A stretch of 64,000 nt of DNA, from contig MGJK01000020.1 in the NCBI GenBank assembly GCA_001794215.1, positions 1,016 to 65,015 of the forward strand, read 5' to 3'. A program made the translations under genes and the position numbers. A model generated the notes under the pieces. The model was not told where the DNA came from. It did no database searches and worked only from the letters and a program-made list of their open reading frames with translations. Below are positions 46,827 to 54,945 of this stretch, piece by piece. The DNA is from Candidatus Yanofskybacteria bacterium RIFCSPHIGHO2_01_FULL_44_24 (GTDB taxonomy: Bacteria; Patescibacteriota; Minisyncoccia; 2-02-FULL-40-12; GWA2-44-9). Positions within the stretch are counted from its first letter, which is position 1. Every line of letters begins with the position of its first letter.

Positions 46827-47930
46827 ATGCCTAAAGTACTAATCACCGTTGGTCCGATTCCTGCCCGCTTAGATTCTGTTAAATACATCACCAACAGATT
46901 CCAAGGCGGACTTGCCCTGAAAACTTCAGAAAAGTTAAGCAACCTCAAACATCAAGTTACCTTAGTGGCTTGGGAATACCTAAAAATAGAAACCAACCTA
47001 CCCATTATCCGGGTTAAAGATGTCTATGATTACTTTCAAAAAGTCACTTCTTTCAAGGCTGATGCCTACATACTTGCCGCAGCTGTAGCCAATCTCGCAC
47101 CCTTCAGTCCCTTTGTTGGGAAATTTCCATCTCATAAGTATAAAGTTGGCGACAAATTTTCGATAGACTTTACCATCGCTCCCAGAACCATTGATGAAAT
47201 TAAGAAAAGATATCCCGTCACAACTCTTATAGGATACAAGCTTTTTGACGGAACTCGAGATGAACTTATCAGGGCCGGACAAAAAACTCTTTTCGAAAGT
47301 CGGGCGAATATAATCTTCGCCAACCACCCCGACTGGGCTAAGGAGAAAAAAATTGCAATCACGGCCGACGGAGCATGCTTTGATATTACCTTCGATGAGC
47401 ACATCAAACTCATAGATAGCCTCTTAAAGTCGAGATTCTATAAAACCAAGATGGCAGCATTCCCAAGCCCGACCTTGGATGAAGAGACCGAGTTTGTTAT
47501 TGAGAACTACCCAAGGGATAGAAAGGCTGACCTGGTATTCGGTACTTTCGCGGTCAGAATAGGGGCGGGATTCATCACAACCACCAGAGGAAAGAGGGCG
47601 GGAGAGAAATCCTTATCTTTCGTTAAAAAGGTCGATCATCGAAAAAGGATCGTTTATACGAACCGAAAGGCCACCCTTAACGCTCCCCTGCTCGATATGC
47701 TGTTTCAAAGGAATCCCCACATAAAATTTCTGATTCACGGCCATGAACTAATCGGAAAAAAAATACAAAAAGAATACCAATTCCCGGGTACTGACGGTGA
47801 TCTTAAAAACTCTTTCCAAACCAAGAAAAAATCTTTTATCATCCGCTTGCCTTACCACGGATATATAGCCGGTTTTGCCGATTTCTCTGATTGCAAGCAA
47901 TTTGTTAACAAGCACCGCAATGTGGACTAA
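46827..47930 (+). CDS. Phosphopantothenate--cysteine ligase (CoaB)-like N-terminal domain fused to a class II aldolase/adducin-like C-terminal domain
   Basis: N-terminus VLITVGPIPARLDSVKYITNRFQGG...ADAYILAAAVANLAP matches the DFP/CoaB pattern ITxGPTxEPIDPVRxISNxSSG...AAVADY. The C-terminus FGTFAVRI...NPHIKFLIHGH...YHGY resembles aldolase-II GNxSxR...AVxHTHS. Confidence 0.6.
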   Translation: MPKVLITVGPIPARLDSVKYITNRFQGGLALKTSEKLSNLKHQVTLVAWEYLKIETNLPIIRVKDVYDYFQKVTSFKADAYILAAAVANLAPFSPFVGKFPSHKYKVGDKFSIDFTIAPRTIDEIKKRYPVTTLIGYKLFDGTRDELIRAGQKTLFESRANIIFANHPDWAKEKKIAITADGACFDITFDEHIKLIDSLLKSRFYKTKMAAFPSPTLDEETEFVIENYPRDRKADLVFGTFAVRIGAGFITTTRGKRAGEKSLSFVKKVDHRKRIVYTNRKATLNAPLLDMLFQRNPHIKFLIHGHELIGKKIQKEYQFPGTDGDLKNSFQTKKKSFIIRLPYHGYIAGFADFSDCKQFVNKHRNVD

Positions 47931-48513
47931 CTATCGAAAAACGTTTCCCGCAAGGTACATTAAGTCTGGATACTTTGATCAGTATATCCAAAGGGTTATT
48001 TCCGAAAAAAAGCCGAAAACCATTCTTGATATTGGAGGGGGCCCTCAAGGAACCGAGACTCTTAAAGGATCTGGGGGCAGAGTTTACTTACTCGACCCAT
48101 TCATCCCCCATAAACCAAGATGGATATATAAAAAGGTTGGCTGGGATGCTAAAGAAAAATTTGATGCCATCGTTTGCAGAGGGAGTATCAACTACCTGAC
48201 AAAGGGTGAATTATTAAAAATAAAAGGCTTTCTAAAAATTAGGGGCTTCTTTATCGCTAATTCTTTTTTAAATCCTCCCCCTGAAACTTGGACAGAGAGA
48301 CAGTACCAGACCATCTCCGATCGGATCGGAATCGAGCGTTTTCGATATAACCGCAAGAAAATAGTTATTGAACATGAACTAATTCCGGACAGAGGAGGGA
48401 TTATCAAGCATTCATTCTTCTATTATTCTCTCTCAGATTACAAGAAGATATTTCCCGGACTAAAACTAATGAATTATAAAAATAACTCGATAATTTTATA
48501 TTTCGAAAAATAG
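47920..48513 (+). CDS. SAM-dependent methyltransferase
   Basis: Motif I ILDIGGGPQG. The preferred start is MWTNYRK; the track ORF starts at 47875. Confidence 0.55.
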   Translation: MWTNYRKTFPARYIKSGYFDQYIQRVISEKKPKTILDIGGGPQGTETLKGSGGRVYLLDPFIPHKPRWIYKKVGWDAKEKFDAIVCRGSINYLTKGELLKIKGFLKIRGFFIANSFLNPPPETWTERQYQTISDRIGIERFRYNRKKIVIEHELIPDRGGIIKHSFFYYSLSDYKKIFPGLKLMNYKNNSIILYFEK

Positions 48514-48567
48514 CGTAGTGGCTCTATGCCCTGACACCACCGAGGTACTGAGATAGAACGGTACCCC

Positions 48568-48595
48568 TTGAAATTATCCTGTTTTTTGATATAAT
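48568..48595 (+). promoter_or_regulatory. ssrA promoter TTGAAA-N16-TGaTATAAT
   Basis: -35 at 48568-48573 and extended -10 at 48587-48595. The RNA 5' GGGG starts 9 nt downstream. Confidence 0.6.
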
Positions 48596-48604
48596 ATGGC
48601 TATT

Positions 48605-48970
48605 GGGGATGTCGGGCTTCGACGAAGCTTACGACCGATAAATGCTGGGGGTGGCATGATCGTTCAGCCACGGAAATCACATCCGATCAATTGAATAGGT
48701 GCCAAAAATTCACCTAATTACGCTTTCGCCTAACATCGTTTAGGTAAGCCATTCCACCGCGGTGTCTACTGGCGGATCATGGAGTGTCATATTGTAGACT
48801 GGACAGTTTTCGTTTTTTTTCTTCCGGAGGCTGTTGAATAAATTAAAAGAAATAGCCGTAGATTATTTTGTCGGTTTTCTACTTTACGGCGAAAGACTAA
48901 ATCGTCTATCTCGGTACACATTTATCGGTATAACTTTCGGACGTGGATTCAACTTCCACCATCTCCACCA
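48605..48970 (+). ncRNA. ssrA: tmRNA (SsrA), one-piece, ~366 nt; tag peptide AKNSPNYAFA
   Basis: 5' GGGGAUGUCGGGCUUCGACG fits the tmRNA 5' consensus. 3' GGACGUGGAUUCAACUUCCACCAUCUCCACCA matches the E. coli 3' end GGACGCGGGUUCAACUCCCGCCAGCUCCACCA. Resume codon GCC at 48701; reading frame GCC AAA AAT TCA CCT AAT TAC GCT TTC GCC TAA with the stop in a hairpin. Confidence 0.9.
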
Positions 48971-48987
48971 AGCTAAGCTCGGTTCAT

Positions 48988-49030
48988 CTGAGCTCAGCAA
49001 AAAGCAACTTTTAGTTGCTTTTTGCTTTTT
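48988..49030 (+). terminator. Terminator hairpins after ssrA (AGCTCggttcatctGAGCT; GCAACttttaGTTGC + T-runs)
   Basis: Direct reading. Confidence 0.5.
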
Positions 49031-49113
49031 ACCAAGCAACTATCTGAGGCTATTGATAAGAATTATAAATATCTTAATATTACCGCAGTATATTGAAATA
49101 AGGGGTATATTCG

Positions 49114-49917
49114 ATGCCAAGGACCGCCCTCCTGCTCATGACTGCTCTGTTACTGCCTACTGCTTTGGCCACTGCTCAAGAATTGCCTGATAGCCCGATA
49201 GTTACGAAGAGGGTCATAGAGAAAAGAAATTTTTACCCGGAAAATCTTTTTGAAAATACATCGGCGGACAGACCTCGCTTCAAGATCAGATTTCCCGATC
49301 CATTCATAGCGACCAAGCCTAAGACGACAAATTACCGTAACATCGTCATACAAAGCGGAGTTTTCTTGGGAATCCAAACTTCCATCAGACTAACCGAAGA
49401 AAAAACTATCAGAGAACTTAAAGGACCCTTCCTTAAAGACTGGTTCGAGTCTGTCCGGTCTATCAGAGGATGGAACGACGGCAATACGTCTCTGACAAAC
49501 TGGGTCGGCCATCCTTTAATGGGCTCGACGGCCGCCTTTATTTTCGCCCAAAACCATGAACCTTCAAAAAGAGCCAAGCCCGGGTGGAACAAGGCCTACT
49601 GGAACTCCAAGAAGAAGCAGTTGATTTTCTCATTTATATACAGTGAAAACTTCGAGTTCGGACCCGTATCGGAAAGCTCTATCGGAAACGTCGGTCTCCG
49701 CCGCAAAGGCGAACAGTCGTACATGGATCATGTTGTCACTCCGCTGGCCGGCACGCTCCTTTCCATCGGAGAGGATCTGATAGACTACAAGCTTATACGG
49801 CCGGTAATGAAAACACATAAGGCCTGGGGTGCCATACTTGCATTCTTTTTGAATCCGACCAGGTCCGCCGCCAACATGCTCGCATTTAAGTGGCCGTGGC
49901 ATAGAAGTTACAACTAA
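49114..49917 (+). CDS. secreted hypothetical protein
   Basis: Signal peptide MPRTALLLMTALLLPTALATAQE. Local GC is higher than in the surrounding sequence. Confidence 0.45.
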   Translation: MPRTALLLMTALLLPTALATAQELPDSPIVTKRVIEKRNFYPENLFENTSADRPRFKIRFPDPFIATKPKTTNYRNIVIQSGVFLGIQTSIRLTEEKTIRELKGPFLKDWFESVRSIRGWNDGNTSLTNWVGHPLMGSTAAFIFAQNHEPSKRAKPGWNKAYWNSKKKQLIFSFIYSENFEFGPVSESSIGNVGLRRKGEQSYMDHVVTPLAGTLLSIGEDLIDYKLIRPVMKTHKAWGAILAFFLNPTRSAANMLAFKWPWHRSYN

Positions 49918-50076
49918 GTCAAACACCTCCTATATGGGAGGTGTTTTAAAATCACGCCACCCTTTATGATATATCATAAAGGGTGGCTGTTCACTATATC
50001 ATTGCCAAATTCGATTTGAAATTAAAATCCATAGTAAAGGCGGGTTTTTAATTAACAAAACCGCCTTAAGCGGCGG

Positions 50077-50691
50077 TTAAAAAACAACTCCAAAAGTTCC
50101 GGCAAGGTGATTCTTTCGATTAGTAAAGCGCAAGTAACTGATGCCCATATAAATAGGGTGATTAGCGCTGGGGAAATAATTTAAGCCTAATCCGTAATTG
50201 CCCAAGAGGTCCCAATCGGTCTGGCAAGAATTATAAAAATAGTAGTAACGACAAACATTTTGCCATTGGTTGTAGTAACCCCGCAAGGAAATGGTCTGAA
50301 CCTGGCCGTAAAGAGTAAACCCTCCGTTCAAATACAAATTCACCCTACGATTCTTGATAACATCAAGCCCCATGCTCGGACTGAAATATAAGCCGTGCTT
50401 GTTCACTCTTGCAACGCCGATATAATCGATGAAAACCTCCTCCTTAGACACGGAGACGTAGTCAAAGGCGAAGTCCAAGCTTAGCTTCTTAGTAACGGAC
50501 CCCCGGCCTAAATGATCCCCGACTTTAAATCCTACTGAAAAATTACCTTCGTTGCCGGAAACAGCGGCGTTGGAATTAAAGATCCCTCCAACCCTTGCTT
50601 CGGCTTTCCCGCTTCTATCGCCTTGATCCTGAGCCCAGGCCGGAACAGCAAAAGATGTAAGCAAAATTGCGAAACCAATCACTCTCTTCAT
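50077..50691 (-). CDS. Outer-membrane beta-barrel-like protein (OmpW/OmpA-beta-barrel type)
   Basis: Signal peptide ...AVPAWAQ, alternating hydrophobic beta-strand pattern, and a C-terminal aromatic residue (..GVVF). Confidence 0.4.
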   Translation of the reverse strand: MKRVIGFAILLTSFAVPAWAQDQGDRSGKAEARVGGIFNSNAAVSGNEGNFSVGFKVGDHLGRGSVTKKLSLDFAFDYVSVSKEEVFIDYIGVARVNKHGLYFSPSMGLDVIKNRRVNLYLNGGFTLYGQVQTISLRGYYNQWQNVCRYYYFYNSCQTDWDLLGNYGLGLNYFPSANHPIYMGISYLRFTNRKNHLAGTFGVVF

Positions 50692-50806
50692 TCGAATCTC
50701 CTTATTTAAGTATCAAAGAGCCTATACTTTTTATAAAAAATATCAAGTTGTGTCAACTAACCGCCGAACAAGAACACAAAAGTCCCGCATTGGCGGGACG
50801 TATAAG

Positions 50807-51667
50807 TTACTTTTTCACCTTGAGCATTTTCTTGGCTTGCTCCCATTCCTGACGCTGTTCTCTTGAAATTGAGGGATAGTCTAAGTCTAAAGCTTTAAGT
50901 CTTTTAACGATAACATCCGCAATCACCGCCCGAGTGAACCATTTGCGATCTGCTGGAATAACATACCACGGCGCCCAAGGAGTGCTGGTATTGGAAATCG
51001 CACTTTCGTAAGCTCTCATATACTTAGGCCAAAACCTTCTTTCTTTAATATCAGACAGAGAGAACTTCCATCTTTTAGAGGGCCGGTGCCGGCGCTCTAA
51101 AAATCTTTTCCTCTGCTCCTCTTTGGAAACATGGAGAAAGAATTTCAAGACAATGATTCCATTTTCTGTTAAGAATTTCTCAAAATTACTTATCTGCTCA
51201 AATCTCCTTTTCCAGATATTCCTCTTTCTTAGCCCAGATGGAATCTTTTGCTTCTCTAAAAATTCAGGGTGCACCCTTACGACAACAACTTCTTCATAGT
51301 GGGAGCGGTTGAATACCCCGATCTTTCCCCGCCTTGGCAGTGCCTTAACATGCCTCCATAAAAAGTCATGATCCAACTCTTCACTCGTGGGAGATTTGAA
51401 ACTATTAACATCAAAGCCGGCGGGATTAACTTCCCATAAAACATGCTTAACTGCACTATCCTTACCGGAAGCATCCATACCCTGAAGAATAATAAGTACG
51501 GCATGAGTGCCTCGAGAAAACAAACGATTCTGAAGTTTTCTTATTTTTGCGACATCTGTCGAGAGCTGCTTTTCGGCATCTCTCTTAGTTAAGCGTCCGG
51601 TAAAATCTGGGTTACAATCCTTAAGCCTGAATTTCTTAGCAGAAACGAGAAAACGATTTGAGTTCAA
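50807..51667 (-). CDS. ppk2: Polyphosphate kinase 2 family protein
   Basis: Walker A ILQGMDASGKDS and PPK2 lid motifs. Confidence 0.85.
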   Translation of the reverse strand: MNSNRFLVSAKKFRLKDCNPDFTGRLTKRDAEKQLSTDVAKIRKLQNRLFSRGTHAVLIILQGMDASGKDSAVKHVLWEVNPAGFDVNSFKSPTSEELDHDFLWRHVKALPRRGKIGVFNRSHYEEVVVVRVHPEFLEKQKIPSGLRKRNIWKRRFEQISNFEKFLTENGIIVLKFFLHVSKEEQRKRFLERRHRPSKRWKFSLSDIKERRFWPKYMRAYESAISNTSTPWAPWYVIPADRKWFTRAVIADVIVKRLKALDLDYPSISREQRQEWEQAKKMLKVKK

Positions 51668-51839
51668 ATCTAACTCCTTCTTGAAAGGTATTTAAAGGAA
51701 CCTTCTGATTATATAAAAAATTCGTAAAAAGTCAACCCCCGTGTAACTGCCCCTCTCCGGGAGGAATCGGTGATCTCTCTCCCGGACATCCTCAACTAAC
51801 CGGTACTCGCCGAAGGCCTCGCTAAACCGAAGCCATTTC

Positions 51840-52604
51840 TCATCTAAAAAATTCCTTCCACTCTGCGGGATAATCTATTTTTATGGTCTTAAACTCTTCC
51901 GTCGTAGCCGTTCTGAACGTAACCTCGGTAGCACATAAGGCTATATCTCTGCCATTCTTAAATCGTAAATCTTCATTCTTAAATCCATATTTAGTATCCC
52001 CCGCTATCGGGTGGCCCGATTCGGAAAGCTGAACCCTTATCTGATGAAACCGACCTGTCTTCGGTTCTATTTTTAGAAGGGAAAATTTATCATTCGCCCT
52101 TACTGTTTCATAATAAAGTTCCGACTCTTTGCCCTCATCGGAAACCTCAGCGATTCTTTCGTCCTCTTTTTTTACCAAAGAATGACGCAATATGCCATTG
52201 GCCGGATCCATTCGTCCGACTACCACTGCATGATATATTTTGCTTACATCCCGGCTCCTGAACTGTTCAGATAACCTTGAAGCGCCCTTGGAGGTCTTGG
52301 CAAATAAAACAATGCCCGCAACTGGCCGGTCTAAACGATGCACGATCCCCAAGAATACATTGCCTGGCTTATTATATTTTTTCTTTAAATATTCCTTAAC
52401 CTCCCCGAAAAGACTGTGGTCGCCGATACTTTTCGAAGAAGCGGGTTGGAACCCGTTAGAAGTCCGACTTGCCAAAGGCATGTCGGCAGACATCCTAAAG
52501 GATGTCTTACTTCTAACGGGTTGAACTAAAACGCCCGCAGGCTTATAAACCGCAATCAGATGATTGTCTTCGTATAATATTTCGAGATTCTTGGCGGAAA
52601 GCAT
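51840..52604 (-). CDS. rluA: RluA-family pseudouridine synthase with an in-frame palindromic-element insertion
   Basis: Catalytic GIVHRLDRPVAG. About 100 nt of nested palindromes (52436-52540) is inserted in frame upstream of the catalytic motif. Confidence 0.8.
   Translation of the reverse strand: MLSAKNLEILYEDNHLIAVYKPAGVLVQPVRSKTSFRMSADMPLASRTSNGFQPASSKSIGDHSLFGEVKEYLKKKYNKPGNVFLGIVHRLDRPVAGIVLFAKTSKGASRLSEQFRSRDVSKIYHAVVVGRMDPANGILRHSLVKKEDERIAEVSDEGKESELYYETVRANDKFSLLKIEPKTGRFHQIRVQLSESGHPIAGDTKYGFKNEDLRFKNGRDIALCATEVTFRTATTEEFKTIKIDYPAEWKEFFR
52436..52540. repeat. RPE-like palindromic element inside the rluA coding sequence
   Basis: Perfect inverted repeat AACCCGTTAGAAGT (52450-52463) / ACTTCTAACGGGTT (52509-52522). 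Inner palindromes GACATCCtaaaGGATGTC, TGCCaaaGGCA and CGGGTTggAACCCG. Confidence 0.75.
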
Positions 52605-54302
52605 CTATTTAATCGGCGGCTGCGCCGGTTTCCTGATCAATTTGAGAAGTCTATCCCTAAACACAAAGAGGATCAAGGCCGCTATGACAACCGTCAAATA
52701 CGGCCATAGGGCCAGCAATCTGCCCGTAAAATCTTCATCGCCGATTTTTAAACTGGTCGGAGGACCGACTTTCTCCATCACCCTTCCCTCGTCGGCATAA
52801 ACCACGGCATAGTATTCGCCATCCGGAATGCCGGTAATCGTCGCTTCCGAAACCCCCCTGGGCAGGGTGATCTGCTTTATTAGGTTTTTATTATTATCAA
52901 AAATATCAACCCGATAGCCTTCTTCCGGTTCTCCTCCCGAAGATGTGCTCCACTGAACCGTATAAAACCCGTTCCCGCTTTGGATATAAAGAACATTATT
53001 TTCCGGCAAAGGAGTAGGCGCGGGGGTCGGACTGCCGTCCGGAGGCGGAATCGGAGACGGCGGGATGGGTGATGGCGGAGGAGGCGGGGTCGGAGTCAGT
53101 AAGGGAGTCGGAGTCAGCGAAGGAACCTTCAGGGTAGTAAAAGCTATGGTCTGACTGGCCACACTACCAAAGGCATCATAAGAAGTGACTCTGGCAAAAT
53201 ATGTCTTGTTCGGATCAAGAACGTCACCGGTTTTTAATAAGTGCTCTAATTCAAAAGTATTATCGGATACGGCCGTAACAGTTATAAAATCAGAACTGAA
53301 ACTTATAAGAAGGTATGAATTAGCCGCTCGATCAGTATGCCAAGAAACCTCCACCGACCTGTCTGTAGCTTCGTTAATGAAAAAATCTGAGATAACTAAG
53401 GGTGAACTATCCGGAGTTCCCGAAGGAATCGGGGTTGGGGTCGGTGAAACGGTTTGAGCAGGACTGACTTCTCCCGAATCAAATGAACCGGCAGCCTGAA
53501 CCTGATTTCCCCAGATATCCCGCACCGTCAAAATATAATTATAGGTCTGATCCGGAATCGTGGACATGGCTATGCTGCAGAAATCTATTCCCGGGCCACA
53601 ATATTGATAGGCTCCGCTGAAATTTATGTTTTGATTGTATCCCTGCCCCGCCAAACCGTAAGCCATGCTATAATCAACCGGCTCGGTTGAATTGAAATCA
53701 AGACGAGTTTGATTCGTGGAAACAGGAGTTGTTGAAATATTAGACAACACCGGCGGAACAGTTTCGAATGTTTCATAAAGAGCGAATTTAAAGCTGAACT
53801 CTCTCTCTTCTGAATCTATGTTGGCGACGCCGTTTATGTATTGTGAAGAATAAGGAGCGTTGTGGCCGATAAACTGAATCCGACTGGAGTAATGAATCCT
53901 CAGATTAGGCATGCCGGTTATTATCCTGAGAGTATAATTGCTGTTATTGGTTACGGCTATCTGGTTAAAGTCTATATGGAACCTCTGGCCTCCGGCAATC
54001 GGACTGATGGTTGGAATTGTCGCCGTCTTTGAGGCCACAAGAGTACCGGCCTGATTTCTCAATTCAAAAGTGGCGGTTCCGCTTGAACCGCTATTATCAA
54101 GCCAGAGATCCAATCCGCCCAAGAAATCGTTCTGGGGCATAAATATTTCCGACGGAGAATCGACGCTAACCGGGTATAAAAACGATGAGTTATCGGGATT
54201 AAATTCGAAAAAAGGACTTCCGTGGCCGAAAGATACGAGGGGCGTAAAAACAAAAATAAGTACTAAAAAGCTTATTTTTTTCACATACTTATTATAACAC
54301 AA
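52605..54302 (-). CDS. Cell-surface protein with a Pro-rich linker and a C-terminal TM anchor
   Basis: Signal peptide; PTPLLTPTPPPPPSPIPPSPIPPPDGSPTPAPTPLP; C-terminal hydrophobic helix plus a basic tail. Confidence 0.5.
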   Translation of the reverse strand: MCYNKYVKKISFLVLIFVFTPLVSFGHGSPFFEFNPDNSSFLYPVSVDSPSEIFMPQNDFLGGLDLWLDNSGSSGTATFELRNQAGTLVASKTATIPTISPIAGGQRFHIDFNQIAVTNNSNYTLRIITGMPNLRIHYSSRIQFIGHNAPYSSQYINGVANIDSEEREFSFKFALYETFETVPPVLSNISTTPVSTNQTRLDFNSTEPVDYSMAYGLAGQGYNQNINFSGAYQYCGPGIDFCSIAMSTIPDQTYNYILTVRDIWGNQVQAAGSFDSGEVSPAQTVSPTPTPIPSGTPDSSPLVISDFFINEATDRSVEVSWHTDRAANSYLLISFSSDFITVTAVSDNTFELEHLLKTGDVLDPNKTYFARVTSYDAFGSVASQTIAFTTLKVPSLTPTPLLTPTPPPPPSPIPPSPIPPPDGSPTPAPTPLPENNVLYIQSGNGFYTVQWSTSSGGEPEEGYRVDIFDNNKNLIKQITLPRGVSEATITGIPDGEYYAVVYADEGRVMEKVGPPTSLKIGDEDFTGRLLALWPYLTVVIAALILFVFRDRLLKLIRKPAQPPIK

Positions 54303-54345
54303 AACGCGCCCTCGGGCGCGTTTTGTTCGGAATCATAATAATTCC

Positions 54346-54813
54346 TTATCGAGTGACCGAGATGGCCTCGTTTAATTCTGCGAGAGGAGCGGTAACGGTA
54401 ATTCTACCTGCGGCACCAGCCTGCATGATAGTGTAGCCGGTATTGGCCGCTGTTCCGCTTGACGGATCCATTACCATCGTCGAAACATAGGTCGGAACAA
54501 TACAGGGGTCAAGATCAATATTTCCTGACGCAGTATCATCTCCGATATTTGTTGCCGTAGCCGGCAATGTTACCGTATCCGTACCGCAAGCGGAGAGCCA
54601 GACCCCTCTTGCGTCAGCCATTCTCTGGGTAACGGCATTCAAGATAGTATTGACATTTGACCATCGCTGGGTGTTTCGAGCCTGGGCAAATTGCCTGGCC
54701 GGATTCAAGGCAACGATGACGACCGCCGCCAAAATAGCGATGATGCCGATAACGACTAAGATTTCGATAAGAGTGAATCCTTTTTGATTTCTCATAAATT
54801 TCATAAAATTCAA
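54346..54813 (-). CDS. Type IV pilin (prepilin-type N-terminal cleavage/methylation domain)
   Basis: MNFMKFMRNQKG|FTLIEILVVIGIIAILAAV class III signal peptide. Confidence 0.75.
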   Translation of the reverse strand: MNFMKFMRNQKGFTLIEILVVIGIIAILAAVVIVALNPARQFAQARNTQRWSNVNTILNAVTQRMADARGVWLSACGTDTVTLPATATNIGDDTASGNIDLDPCIVPTYVSTMVMDPSSGTAANTGYTIMQAGAAGRITVTAPLAELNEAISVTR

Positions 54814-54945
54814 TATTTATTTATATATTAGGTTTTAATTATACCTTTATCCGCCCAAGCGCTTTGGAGCAGATAAATCGACCATTAGTACTAATTTTAC
54901 CATCCCGAGGCTCACTTTAGGATAAGCACTTATCAACATATCCCC

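Noticed and set aside
48834-49190. 118-aa ORF
   Set aside because: It overlaps the tRNA-like 3' domain and terminator of the tmRNA gene and has no protein-like features.
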